Source: Octopus vulgaris
Lineage: Eukaryota
DNA: 64,000 nucleotides
Direction: 5' to 3'
Assembly (NCBI GenBank): GCA_951406725.2
Contig: OX597832.1
Span: forward strand, 34,844,001-34,908,000
Shown here: positions 25,072 to 38,915 of the stretch, piece by piece
How positions within the stretch are numbered: the first letter of the stretch is position 1
Layout of the letters: each line of letters opens with the position of its first letter
Made by a program: the position numbers and the translations under genes
Notes under the pieces: model-generated
The model's input: the letters and a program-made list of their open reading frames with translations, nothing else
Told to the model about the DNA's origin: nothing
The model's database searches: none

Positions 25072-25261
25072 AGTTATTTCATGTCAGCAATGAAAGTGGA
25101 TGTTAAACGATGATGTGTGTGTACATGTATATCTACATGTGAACGTATGTTTATGTAATATGTGTCAGTTCAAGTTGTATACATGACTGTTACCTTGTTG
25201 AAGGTTGTATATATACACACATATACATTTATATAGACACACACATACAGACATATATGTA

Positions 25262-25770
25262 TTCGCTGTGCATTTCTCAGACTGGAGAATGATACTCCAC
25301 ATCCCCATTAAGAACTTTTCGTTTTCAATGTACTCGAGTGTTGTTGTTTCTGTTATTGTTGTGATGTGTGGTTGCATGTTCGAAATGTAATTAGATAAGT
25401 TGTCAACAGACATTCTACCTGATTTGTCAGTCGAGAAGCATACAATCTGTCTATTTTTTAATTTGTTATGGCCTTTCTTAATTTTGGTGTCAAGATCACG
25501 GGTCTTATTTTTTGTTCGTTTTTGTTTATGCCTTTGGGTGTAATTAGAGAAAGCTGACATGAGTTTGGATTTAGTAAGGGTAAACTTTGCTGTACTGGAA
25601 CGAAAACAATTGCAGCATGGAAGGTGTTTATAAGCCATTTAAGAAACACACAAAAACCGTTAGATTCACTTTAATATTTAAATTTAATTTGTCAAAATAT
25701 TTTCGTTGTTTTGAGACTGCGACTTCTTCACTGACAAAATTCCATGCTGCATCTGAGAAAGTAACAGTTA
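25262..25770 (-). mobile_element. Possible Penelope-like element ORF remnant
   Basis: KLKNRQIVCFSTDKSGRMSVDNLSNY resembles the DKG-type motif upstream of PLE reverse transcriptases. Confidence 0.45.
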
Positions 25771-25997
25771 GTTCATGATATATATGTACGTACGTACGTA
25801 TGTATGTATATATGTACATGTATGTGCGCATGCCTATACGCATGTATGTATGTACTTATGTACTTGTGAGTATTTAGGAGAAATAGACGTGTCTGTGTGT
25901 GTACATGTGTATGTACTTGCGAACGTATGTTTATGTAATATGTGTCAGTTCAATTTGTATACTTGACTGTTACCTTGCCACTCGCTATGCAAGTATA

Positions 25998-26026
25998 TCT
26001 CTTTCTCTCTCTCGCTCTCTCTCTCT

Positions 26027-26108
<82 letters not shown>
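25998..26108. repeat. (TC)n/(TA)n/(GA)n compound microsatellite
   Basis: Direct reading of the sequence. Confidence 0.95.
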
Positions 26109-26114
<6 letters not shown>

Positions 26115-27989
26115 ACATAGATAAATATATAGACAGAAATAGATAGTCAGAAGAAGAATAGACATACCAACTACCAAACACCTAGAAAGATAGACTGCTT
26201 GATAGCTCGATAGATATATAGATAAATAGATAGATGCTTATGTTTTTTTATTGCTACTCATCACTCATTTTGTCCATTTTATGTTTCTCACCTGTACTGC
26301 CCTTTGTAAAAAATTAGCAAACTGAGCTGTTTTGCAATAAAGGCTTGAATGGATTGAGAGCCATATGATAAACTGGTGAAGGAAGCATGGATTTAAACTC
26401 TGCCTTATTAGTTGCTAATTGGTGAAATAGCATAAAAAATATTGTTTATGGTTAAGATTTCTTAATCAATATCAGTTTCTATATTAGTGTATGCATCTTT
26501 AGTGAAATGATGATGAACTCTCTTACAATATGACTATGTGAATTGCTGAAATTATGGTATATTGTAAATTTCACGAATATTTGAATGACAGGAAAGCTAT
26601 TCTGTTTCCTAACATGCAGATTTATTTTTCCCAAGTCATTTGATTAATTGGTCATGTTTGTAAAACAGGGGAATGCCTCAAATTTTAGAGGAAGTGGTTA
26701 ATTGATTAAATTGATCTTATTACTTGACTTGCACTTTTTTATCAACCATGAAAGGAAGAGAAACAAAGTTAGCCTCAACAGGATTTGAAACTAGAATATA
26801 AAGAGCTGGTAGAAATATTGGAAGGTATTTTGCCAACACTCTAACAATTGTGCCTCTCCACCATCTTAAGTTTAATAGAATAAAATCTGTGAATGAATTT
26901 TGATGAATTTCTTGTGTAGTTTTAATGAAAGTTGGTCTCACATTGCTTGCATTTATATCTTTCCTGAGACATGTAAAAGTTTCCATGTGTATAATACTTG
27001 GCTGCTTGTCACTTCAAATAAAGAGTAGTGAACTGATATTAAAGCCAAAATTTTCCTTTCGCTACTATTAGGATGTTTTTCATTTTTACTTTCAGGGTTA
27101 ACAAATGAATGATTACACCTATTGGTTTACATGCAAACTTTTGTTTATTTTATATCCTTCTATATGTTGGATATGCAAATTTCACGAAGCGGGGATAGAC
27201 ACAACTGTCTTCACACAACCTACTTCAGATGACTCCACTAAACACAATACTCTAATAAATAGAAACTCTGAACAATGTCAACAACTTCCATGAACTCCCA
27301 ATGACTCTCTTTGTCTCAATCAATATGCTAATTTTTTTATAAGAGTTTTGCTAGTCCATTCTTCCAATCCCATAGGGGTGCCAATGACACTCACCACAAC
27401 AGTTTATACATGTATATTTTACCAAAACAAGTATCCCCATGCGAAGCTTCACCTGTATGTAAGTACATAACTTTTTTGTTAATTTAAGTTTTCTGTTAGT
27501 TAACCATAGCTGTTTGTAAATTGAACACCTGTTTCTCTGTGTATATTGAACAATTTCCATAAGATATATATGTTTGCAAATGTAAAATATGTTTGTTTCC
27601 CAATGCCATGGTTTAGGGTCTAGTTCTACTGTGTGGCATTTTGGGCAAGAGTCTTCGACTATAGGTAGGGATCAACAAATGCATTTTTAGTGAAAGTGGT
27701 TGATGGGAACTATATGAAGCTTATTGCATGTGTGTGTATACACCATATCAATTATGTGATGCATGTTATAGGTAACTGTTGACAAAAAGTGCAAAATACT
27801 CATTGAAAAATCAAAATAATTTAGAGTAATGTCAAGAAGGGATGTGGAATGGCTAGTGAAATGTCTGGCTTGGAAGGTGTCCCACAGTATTGCAGCCTGT
27901 GCCTATGTGTCATCTTGCTACTGCAAGAGAGTACAGACCATTGAATGTTTGTGAAATATTGGCATCTAAGATTATGAACTCTTTGGATT

Positions 27990-28260
27990 TACTGATTACC
28001 TTGATGTCAGTGAGATTGCCATTGTCAAACAAGAGATTTGTTACCTTAGTAAGTGTCTACCCTCCAACCATGTGTTCCTCTGAAGAGAAAAAAAGACTAA
28101 TATTTTATCTTTCATGAAAAAAGCTTCTACGCAGTGTTCTTTCTGCTTATAAAATCTTCATATTTGGTGATTTCAATGAAAGCATTTGCAGAGATAAAAA
28201 AGTTTGGGATATAATTGGGAAACATGAAGCCAGAAAATGCAATAGTAATGGCTTGTTTAG
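27990..28260 (+). mobile_element. Old RTE/BovB-like APE endonuclease remnant
   Basis: LMSVRLPLSNKRFVTLVSVYPPTM..., IFIFGDFNE, IIGKHE..KCNSNGL. Confidence 0.65.
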
Positions 28261-28789
28261 TACTGTAAGTGTGTTCGATTTTTGCATATACTGGGTAACT
28301 GTCAATCTCCTAGTGTGGAGCATGCTGTATTTGAGCACCAAATATGTGGGAGTATTTATGTCATCAAGATGAAAGGCAATTAGGTCTCATTAATTTCTGT
28401 TTGGTGAGTTGGCCCTGAGGAAAAATCTAGGCAACAAATTGAAATTAAGGCATGAAAGTCATTAGAGACACTTAGAGGATCTAGATCAAATTAGAGAAAG
28501 TGAAAACATTACAAAGTTTTTGATGGAAAAAATTGGTTCATGTTGGAATGAGTGAATTTGAATGAATGTCAATAAAATCTTAGTGTGCATGAAAAGCTTG
28601 AGAGAGATTTTTGAAAAGGTCTTAATATTAATGTTTCCATTGTGGTTTGCTTCAAAAACTACATAGACATGACAGAATTAAATAGACATCCTTATAATTG
28701 TTAAAATTTATTTAAGTTATTTATTAATTATTATAATGTGAATATCTAATATTTAGTAGACAGGGTCCTTGCATTTTTGAATGCAAGGA

Positions 28790-29740
28790 CCCTAGCAGGC
28801 ATGCTACTGATCTGATGAATATTCTCTTCATGATTTTCTTGCCAAGTTTCTTGCAGTAATATCAAAAGATCTGGCTTTAAGGATGCTTTCTTTTTCTTTT
28901 TAGGAAGTATCCCATCCATCATGTCTCAGAGGTGTTCAGTAGGGTTCATATCTGGTGATTGGCTTAGCTATGGAAGCTTTTTAATGCCATTCTCTTCCAA
29001 CCAATCCTGGGTCTTTTGGTTGTGCAAGAAAGCCCTATCTTCCATAAATAGTGTTATTTAATCATTTTACCCCTGGAGGTTATAGGAAGAAGATTTTTCT
29101 ATAATATGGACACATTTATCTGAGTTTATGTATCCCTCACATTCCACCATTTCTGATTGACTATTGCTCCAAACTGCTCTCCAGACCATCACATGTTTCA
29201 TTGTTGGCTGCAATATATTCACGTGAAAATATTGGTGACTGATTCTCCAGATCCACATTCAACCATTGTCAGAAAATACAGCAAATCTGGATTCATCAGA
29301 GAATTTGACAGTGTCCCAAAGTGCTAGTGACCTCCCTACCATTTCACTTGTCCAATCTTTTCTCCATTTGATATTGGCTGGTCGAAGCAGTGTCTTCTTT
29401 CTTGCTGCTCTGCCATAATAGCCAATTTTGCAGAGATAACTGACAACTATTCTGGGACTGACATCAACTTATTCTGCTATATTGGAGGCCTTGCAATGAG
29501 GATTATCTTACACACTTCTCTTAAGAAAGCAAAGTGTTCTGTCAGAGGGCCTTAGTCTACCTGGGTAAGGTGATATGGACTACTTTCCCGTTTAGTAAAT
29601 TGAAAAATTACTCTATTTACTGTAGAAAGTGGAATCACAATGTTTTCTGTGGTTTTAGGCTAAGTCAGCCTTGAAATAGGCGCAGCATATGGCCTCTTTG
29701 TAAATTGGACAATTTTAAGGCTTCTTTTGTACATGGCATG
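28790..29740 (-). mobile_element. Tc1-like (DD34E) transposase remnant
   Basis: FSDESRF, VMVWRAV, FMEDRAS, GIKKLP*LSQSPDMNPTEHL on the minus strand. TIRs not confidently located. Confidence 0.8.
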
Positions 29741-30605
29741 ATTAAACAGTTACATATAGAACCTGAAACATATAAATGTCAATTAATAAAAAAAATATAA
29801 ACCTCTTCAAGTTATAATAACCATAAAACAATGTGTTAATGGGTATCTATTTACTTTTGTCATGTTTGTGTACAAATGTATCATTTGTTACAACTGCACT
29901 TTGAAAGAAAAAGAAAACTTTTAGTAGAAAATTAGCATTAGCTACGACAACGTTACCCAACTATTAAATCTTATATTTTTCAAACTCATGCTAGGATGGA
30001 AAAATGAACGTAGGTATGAGACTTATTTTTACACATGTATTGATGCATATAAAACATGAAATTATGTTGTCTACATACTTAAATACTTGCAATTAATTCA
30101 TTGTAAGAACATAGAAATTTGACAGGTTTTCTTGAGTTGTTGCTCATCTACAATAATCTGATAAGTTTGAGGTTATTGTTGGTTGCATAAGATTGTCATT
30201 GAATTTTCTCTCGACAGAAATATCTAATCATTTTATCCATACTAGCATGGGTTGTGTGTGTCATGTTGATATCTGTTTCAGTTTAATTCCCTCTGCAATA
30301 GTTTCTTTTTTTTGTGTTTATGCAATATGGTACTCTCATAAAATACAGTTGTCTCTTGCCTTACACAGTATTCTGTTTCTTAGTTCACTTTTGCACAATT
30401 TTGCTCATTTTCCTCTATTTGTTTCTTTTTGTTTTTACAAATATAGAAGTAGTACTTGCTTCAGTTTCTCATTATATTTTGTTAAATATTTTTGAATTTG
30501 AAATATTAAAATTGATTTCACTGGAAATGAAAATTCAATGTATAAAATTAACTTTAAACTAGATGTTCAGCATCAAATGCAAAAGTTTTACAAAAAGAAT
30601 TGTCC

Positions 30606-31110
30606 TCATCATCATCATCATCATTTAATGTCCATTTTCTATGCTGGCTTGGGTTGGACAGTTTCATCAGGGCTGTAAGCTGAGGGTCTGCAGCAGACTC
30701 CAGTCTTGATTTGTCATTGTTTCTATGGCTGGATGCCCTTCTTAACATCAAGCACTCCATGAGTGTTGTGGGCAGGGGTTGTGAAAAAATTAATTGATGG
30801 GAAATTAATTACAATATATTGTCTTCTAAGGCACGGCATGTCATGAAAGGTGTCAGTCATTAGTCATTGCCTTTATAAGTTCCAACAGTCAAAGATCATG
30901 CATTACCACCTTGTCCAATGCCTTCTTATGTCTACTTCTTCTGCCATGTAGCATAGTTGTCTGCACAGGTATAATAAATCTGGCTTTCACTCTGAAGGAG
31001 AGACCCTTAGTTACTAAACAGAGGAAGGAGCTCTCTGAATTTGCTCAGCCTATTTTTATTCTTGCAGCCTCACTCTTGGTTCATCCACCTCTGCTACTGA
31101 CTTTGTTGCT
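30606..31110 (-). mobile_element. Degraded RTE 3' fragments ((CAT)n tail, 3' UTR, ORF2 C-terminal pieces)
   Basis: CATCATCATCATTTAATGTCCATTTTCTATGCTGGC and GGATGCCCTTCTTAAC; TCACTCTGAAGGAGAGACCCTTAGTTAC corresponds to VTKGLSFRVK. Confidence 0.75.
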
Positions 31111-31519
31111 CAACAATCTTTATCGTACTCCTCTGGTATTTGATGAAGCCCATTTTCTGTACACTTTTAGTGTTTACTGTACATGTGCACCTTCCACATG
31201 CAAAAAATATTTTCCCAGTTTACCTTCCTCTGATATTGCTACACCTATTATGTGTTATACAGAGTACATCTACCTACCTGTTTCCTTCATATTGAGGATG
31301 GCCATGTACCTGAAGGGCTTTACGATTTATCTGTTTTCCTACTTACTAAGACTTTGTGTTAGGGTTGGGTAGGTTAATTCTGTGACCTTTCAATTCTAGA
31401 CCTTGCTTCCGTACGCACAATTTGTTCTCTAGTTCTGGTAGTGATTTAGCTATAAGAAGAAGCTCATTAGTAAATAAGTGTGAAAACTCTTTGCTTTCAC
31501 AAACACTTTATGTACACTG

Positions 31520-33410
31520 ATTGAAGCAATGAAAAAGAAGGTCCTCGGTATACATGAAACGTGAAGGAAAATATTTGGATAATGAAACTAATAATGTATG
31601 GCTAATTGAATGTAATGTAATAAATGATAATATATGAGTGTTCAGTTGTCATCCTCTATGCCCTCCCCAATTCCTTTGAGAGAAGCAAAGAAGACTAATA
31701 ATATGTATTAAATGATTAACGAAAATAATAATTAGTGCAAGAGACCCTTAATCAATATTGACGGTGTGACGATCAAGGAGCAACGTGTCAGTTGTGCATC
31801 AGGCTTTTGTGTCAGTCTTTGCGAGTCTGGCAGAGCGACAAACAGGACAATTGCTGGATGGAGGATAAACTGCATCAGGCAAGGGTCACTTTTGGAAAGC
31901 AGGGGTTTCAAGGGGTGTTGGGGTATGACCACTTGTGGTAAAGGTGGGGTAAGTTGGCGTGGCTCTGTGGGTAGGCGGTGAGATGCTTTTCTGGTCATGG
32001 TAATTTTGGAATCGGGAAGTGGGCATTGGTGTTGCAGCTGCATGAGGTGCTGTTAAAGTCGGTTGAGAAGGTAGTCTCATCACTGGTGTTGGCGTAGGGA
32101 ACGCATGTGGTCCAGACACCATGAGCAGTGGGCCATGGGGAAGAAGCAGTAGATACTTCCAGAGGAATTTTGTTGCACAGTGTGACTTGGCCTGATCCAT
32201 CCACTCTCAACATGTACAGATCGAAATGACGTACATCTAAATGGCACCAGTTTTCCCCCCATTTGTAGGATTGGGTCAAACTTGGCTCTGGATTAGGACA
32301 TAGTTCGAAAGAAGTGAGCATGTGTGTTTTGACAACCGTTCAGTAGCACTCATGTTGTGTTTACGCAGGTCTTCTTTTCAATAAGTCATAGTTTCATGCC
32401 ATGTGGAATGTAGCTTGTACTTGCCGGGATGGATGGGAATAAAGTATTGTATAGGGCTGCCAAAGATGCACATGGCTGGGGACAAGTGTGTGTCCCAGTC
32501 AGGTGTATTTCTTTATTGTAGCATTGTGCACTGGAAACTGTCAGTGTTAAGGAAGCCATTGGTGTCAGTGTTGTCTGTAACGAGGCCCTTTATTGTCTCA
32601 ATACCGACTTTGGCGTGGCAGTTGTCATGGGGAAATGCAATGGCGGTGATTCTCCCCAATTGTGGAAGAAGGTACAATGTCAGCTCATAGCTGATAGGGC
32701 AGTGTTAAGTGCCTGTGTGCCATTCGATGCTCCTTTAAGATGGTTTTCCAGACCTGTTAGGACATACCACCATTGTCTGTCACCAATTGACAGATGTACC
32801 AATGGGAATAGGCTTGATAACTCCAAGTGGAACATTCCGGTTGAGACCTGCTTTTACTTCCTCTTGCCAATGAACCAGGACTGGTATGGGCGTATGGTGG
32901 GCGACTGGTTTAGCATTAAGCGGATCGGTTGGTCAGACATCTTGGAGAATTGCCGATGGTTGCAGACGTTGAATGTGCTGGAGCTGTAGTATTGTAGCAG
33001 CTACTTCCTCAGGCGACAACGTTTTTCCTCAGTGGCTGGGAATGGTAGTGTAGTTGGAGGAGGGGGTTGTATTTGTTGTAGGTGGCAGGTGCATACATTC
33101 TGTGTCATTGTTGCAGATGATCGATGAGGCTTGTCAGTACTCTCTCCCATGGATTGTTTACAGGCCAACTCATGGCACAATCAGGTGCAGGACAGGGTAC
33201 GTTGGTCATACTGACTCGCTTTTTGTCATATATAAGTCTGACAACTGTTTGCTTTCACCAATATTTTATGCAGTCTGAAGCAATGAGTAAAGGGTCTTCA
33301 GTATACCTGAAATGTGAAGGGAAAGATGATGGATAATAAAATGAATAATATATGGCGAATTGAATGTAATGTAATAAATTGTAATATATGTGTGTTTAGT
33401 TGTAATCCTG
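31520..33410 (-). mobile_element. Internally deleted Ty3/gypsy LTR retrotransposon (about 1.9 kb) with paired diverged LTR-like repeats
   Basis: Direct repeats lie at about 31521-31655 and 33275-33408. A PBS-like TGGTGAAAGC (minus strand) is at about 33251-33260 and a PPT-like GGAATTGGGGAGGG at about 31661-31674. Internal motifs: gag CPAPDC, RT PVHWQEEVKAGL...GVIKPIPIG, integrase RNTPDWDTHLSPAMCIFG. Confidence 0.75.
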
Positions 33411-34499
33411 TAATCAGCATAGAGGAGTTGCTAGGGTCTGCCTGTTTTATATTTATCTGTTATTACCTGAATGATTATGATACCAACAAAAGTCAAGACA
33501 TAGGTTTATACTTGGTTAGGTACTTCTCCTGGGGTTTCTTACCAGAAATATATCATGACTGGTGTTTCTTCCTGATACAAAACCAAATTGCATCTCATCT
33601 AGATTAAGTCTTTTCCTAATAAGTTGGGCTATGATCCTCTCCGTGATTTTCATCATCTGAAGAAATTAGTGCCAGTGCAAGCACTTTATTTTTAAAGCAC
33701 ACATCAGGCATATGTTAACATATTAGCAATGAGAAAGCGCTCTAATCGATGTCTACCTATATACATACATATATGCAGGGTAGCCATGTACTTTCTCTAC
33801 AGCGACACACCTCTGCCTGTCTCTCTATCATACTACAGGTTAGGATGAAGCCACCTCTCTCACTACTAGCAGTCCACTCATCCTTGAAATTTACTTTTTA
33901 ATTTTACTAGTGTCAGTGTTACCAAAACTTTTCTCAGACATAGAAACCATGTGAAAACAGACATTAGATGTACGTGTAGTAATTCATCTCAGATAGTGTG
34001 AAATAGTCCAACCCATGACAACATGAAAAACGAATGTTAAATGATGATGACACACATACACGTTAATTGTATTTCTTATATTAATTTCAATAATTAATTT
34101 GTTTCTATTTATAAATAAAAACAATTGATTTCGCATCAGAATGATTAGTTTGATGACTTGTGGAAGCAATGTACTGTGTAAATGTAAGGACAACTGTATT
34201 TATTAAACAAGTGTATATCATGATTCGACACAGATAAAACTTGACTTTCAAATGTTGGTTGATATTTTGCTTGTTGTTTGCATATCATGCCTTGTATTAT
34301 AGATCCCAAATGGCCAAAGGTAAGTGGTCTTTCTTATTTTGGTGTGGGTTTACTGTTAGGATTGGTTTTCAGAGTTTAGTCTATATTAGGGTCAGCTTGA
34401 GGATTTGTGAAGGGTTTTTAGAGAGAATAGTCAAGTAAGAGATCAAAGTTTGAACTAGGGGTTGGGATTTGGGGTGATGAGGAGAGTAGAGATTGAACA

Positions 34500-35010
34500 G
34501 GTTTATTTATAGTGTTGATGACTGTTTTATATCGGGTTTAGCATTGAAAAGCAGGGATGGGGGCTGGGTGCTTGGATAAGATGCGGATGTCAGGTTGATC
34601 CAAGTTATCTCCATGGTGGTCTTTGGCATGTTGGTAGAGTATAGAAGACTGTTTTCTGTCGTCAAGTTGTCTTAAATGTTCATTTATCCGTTCCGCAATG
34701 CTCTTAGACGTCTCCTTTATGTACATCATGTTCATGTCCTTACAAGCACCTTCTATGCATCTTATATTGTAAACTACATTTCGAGTTCTACAGTTAATAC
34801 CAGGGCTAATTCTACATGCCATGCAGTTATCACTTGTGCATATGGTATTCTTAAACGGGCATGTCCTTCATAATTGTGACCTGACGGAGTTCCTTGGCTT
34901 TTCAACAATTTTAATGTTGAGTTTGGTCTCTTTCAGAGCTTTTCTAAATCTACGGGCTAGTTCTCCATGGGCTCTGGCCTCTACTAATATCACTCCTTGA
35001 ATTTTTACTG
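34500..35010 (-). mobile_element. Penelope-like element 3' part (GIY-YIG endonuclease)
   Basis: ORF 34538-34822 reads CRTRNVVYNIRC..GAC...MYIKETSKSIAERINEHLR...ILYQH: a GIY-YIG-like VVY...YI(G>K)ET with the Cys/His linker typical of PLEs. Confidence 0.85.
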
Positions 35011-35089
35011 GTGAGTGTGTATTTAATAATAAGGCACTAAAAGAGAAAGACTATCCCCAGACACAACAGAATATACACTGTTTTCGCTA

Positions 35090-35521
35090 ATTACTCTTTC
35101 ACTCACTTTTGCTACTTTCAGTTATTTGACTGCGGCCATGTTGGAGCACCGCCTTCAGTCAAAGAAATAGAGCCCAGGACCTATTCTCTTTTGCCGAACC
35201 GTTCAGTTACGGGTGCGTGAAAACAGCAGCATCGTTTGTCAAGCACTGTTCGATGGATAAAGAGGCATACAAACGTATATGTATATATATATATATATGT
35301 ATGTATGTATATATATATATGTATGTATATATATATATATATATATGTATACACACACGATGGGCTTCATTTAGTTTCCGTCTACGAAATCTATTCACAA
35401 GGCTTTGGTCACCCCGAGGCTATAGTTGAAGACACTTGTCCAAGGTTCCACGCAGTGGGACTGAACCCAGAACACAGTGGTTCGTAAGCAAGCTACTTAT
35501 CACAAAGCCGCTCCTACGCCT
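35090..35521 (-). mobile_element. tRNA-derived CORE-like SINE with internal (TA)n
   Basis: The minus-strand head AGGCGTAGGAGCGGCT...GGTTCAGTCCC (B-box-like) is followed by CCTTGGACAAGTGTC (CORE-like) and an (AGTAA/GAGT)-rich tail. Confidence 0.85.
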
Positions 35522-35525
35522 AGCA

Positions 35526-35565
<40 letters not shown>

Positions 35566-35654
35566 CTATTTATAAAACTGAAATGCGAAAAGTTTGTTTG
35601 TTTGTTTGTCTGGAACGGTTTAAAGACCACTACATCCCGTCGGATTGACTCCAA

Positions 35655-36210
35655 AATTTACGGTTCGTGATCAATCATTTTCACAGAAATGCGTGCACAA
35701 ACAGACACAGAATGTCATGGTTTAAAGGTCAACATGTTTAAAACATAAATAGCTACGAGTTTGCGTATATGCATGTATCTATGTGCATGAGTGCGGACGT
35801 GTTTTCAGAATGTCTCAGTTTTAAAGTCAACATATTTAAAACATAAATAGGTACGAGATTGCGTCTTTGCATGTATCTATATTCGTGGGTGTGGACGTGT
35901 GAGTGTTTGTGCGTGTGTGAGCACAGTCCACCTATACCCAAGCTGGTTGCATCGTCTCATAAGAAACAGCCGTGAAAGTTCCGGACCACATTAATGAACG
36001 CATTTGCATACAAACAATTAGGGCTCGACTTGAACTTGTCCGGTTAACAAACAGTAGTGTCTGAATGGGAATTAGCTTGCTTACCTAACAAATGTTTCCG
36101 AGTTCAGTCCCACTGGGTGGCATGTTGGGCAAATGTCTTCTACTATAGTCTCGGGACGACCAAAGCCTTGTGAGTGGATTTGGGAGACGGAAACTAAAAA
36201 AAGACTGCCG

Positions 36211-36254
<44 letters not shown>

Positions 36255-36418
36255 GCAGTAAGAGTGGCTATGTAGCTTGCTTTCCAAACACGGTGTTTCT
36301 GGTTCAGTCCAACTGCGTGGCCCCATGGGCAAGTGTCTTCCAATATAGCCTCAGACAGACCAACGTTTCTGAGTAGATTTTGTACACCGAAACAGAAAGT
36401 AGCCCGTGGTATATAGAT

Positions 36419-36457
<39 letters not shown>

Positions 36458-36525
36458 GGAGTAAACACATAAATGTGAAACAAGGTGGAAAAAAGAGTAC
36501 TGAATTTTCTGCTGCTTAAAATAAA

Positions 36526-36596
<71 letters not shown>

Positions 36597-37467
36597 CATA
36601 GGTATATATTGATAGATATATGTATATACATATAGATATTTAAACATATATGGGATGGCCATAATGGGACATCCGACTCACTAGAGAGAGCAGTTATCTT
36701 GCTCATTATAATTTATTAAAAGTAATATAATTATATGTAAGGAAAGTAACTCTGGAAGATGTTATCTAGTTATCTCCCTTCCGAGAGTTAATTTCCCTTC
36801 ATATTTTTTTATTGTTAAATTATAATATTCAAGAGAAGTAACTGTAGAAGATACTTTGTAGTTATCTCCCTTAAGTATGTAGTTATCGTAATATACACTT
36901 TGTCGCTCTTAGACTATTTCAGTTATTTCACTGTGACCATGGTGGAGCACCGCCTTTAGTGAAGCAAATCAACCCCAGGAATTATTCTTTGTATGCCTAT
37001 TACTTAATGCATAGGTCTCTTTTGCAGAACCGAAAAGTTACGGGGACGTAATGTTCGATATACTGATTTAGTAGGTATTTATTTATTGTAAGAATTTCAA
37101 TTATCATAAATTATGGGCTAGGAAAAATACTAGAAACTTTTTTGATATACCTATTGGGGCTCCTTGTGTGTGTGGGACTGTTTTTATTTATGTGAGTGTG
37201 GGTATTTTAATTTCAGTGTTTGTGTGTGAGAGTGTTTTTATTTCTGCATGCGCGAGTGTGTGAGCGACTGAGTGTTTCTATTTGTTTGTGTGTGTGCGAC
37301 ACTTACAACTACAACAAACACTTTGACCATTTGTAAGATACCCACATTTGAGATCACTAAATACTAAATCAAAATAAGTTTAATTTATTGCACATTTATA
37401 TATATACAGGCACACACACACACACACATGTATGTGTTTGTGTATTTATATGTCGTATATTGCGTCG

Positions 37468-37516
<49 letters not shown>

Positions 37517-37524
37517 TATATATT

Positions 37525-37596
<72 letters not shown>

Positions 37597-37769
37597 ATAT
37601 ATACTAAGATATACGTGAATATACCAACACACGTATATGTAGTATCTAAAACAAAAAAGAAACTGTAAGGGATGGAATGGGAGTTCTTTCCGTTTTATTA
37701 AGAAAACTTGCATCTGTATGTGTGATAGTACGTGCGTGCGTGCATTCTCGTGTGCCCTTCGAGTGCAAA

Positions 37770-37807
<38 letters not shown>

Positions 37808-38667
37808 TTTAAATATATGTACGACGAGATTCTGTCAGTTTTGTTCCACTAAATCCCATCACAAGGATTAGCTAGGCCCTGGGCTACAATAGTAGACAAT
37901 TGCAGAAGATGACAGGCAGTCGAATGAACCCGAAACCATGTGGTTCGTAAGCAAACTACTTACAACATAGCCATTCATACGTCGATATTCATGTATACGA
38001 CGGCTATTTCAGTTTCCCTCTACAAACTCCACTCAGAAAACATTGGTCGGCCCTAGGCTATAGTCGAATACACTTGCCAAAGGTGCAACGCTGTTGGTTT
38101 GAACTCAGCACATTGCGGTTCGTGAGCAATCATTCTCGCTGAAATGCGCGCACAAACAGACACAGAATGTCACGGTTTAAAGGTCAACATGTTTAAAACA
38201 TAAATAGCTACGAGTTTGCGTACATGGATGTATCTTTGTGCCTGGGTGCGGACGTTTGTTTCCAGAATGTCTCAGTTTTAAGGTCAACATATTTAAAACA
38301 TAAATAGGTACGAGATTGCGTCTTTGCATGTATCTATTTTCGTGGGTGTGGACGTGTGAGAGTTTGTGCGTGTGTGAGCACAGTCCACCTATACCCAAGC
38401 TGGTTGCATTGTCTCATAAGAAACAGCCATGAAAGTTCCGGACCACATTAATGAACTCATTTGCATACAAACAATTAGGTCTCGCCTTGAACTTGTCCGG
38501 TTAACAAACAGTAGTGTCTGAATGGGAATTAGCTTGCTTACCTAACAAATGTTTCCGTGTTCAGTCCCACTGGGTGGCATGTTGGGCAAATGTCTTCTAC
38601 TATAGTCTCGGGACGATCAAAGCCTTGTGAGTGGATTTGGGAGACGGAAACTAAAAGAAGACTGTCG

Positions 38668-38698
<31 letters not shown>

Positions 38699-38867
38699 GT
38701 AGCAGTAAGAGTGGCTATGTAGCTTGCTTTCCAAACACGGTGTTTCTGGTTCTGTCCAACTATGTGGTCCCATGGGCAAGTGTCTTCCAATATAGCCTCG
38801 GACAGACCAACGTTTCTGAGTATATTTGGTACACCGAAACAGAAAGTAGCCCGTGGTATATAGATAG

Positions 38868-38915
<48 letters not shown>

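Noticed and set aside
35440-35521. tRNA gene
   Set aside because: The A/B-box-like head continues into a SINE body repeated many times in the window, and no full cloverleaf is evident.
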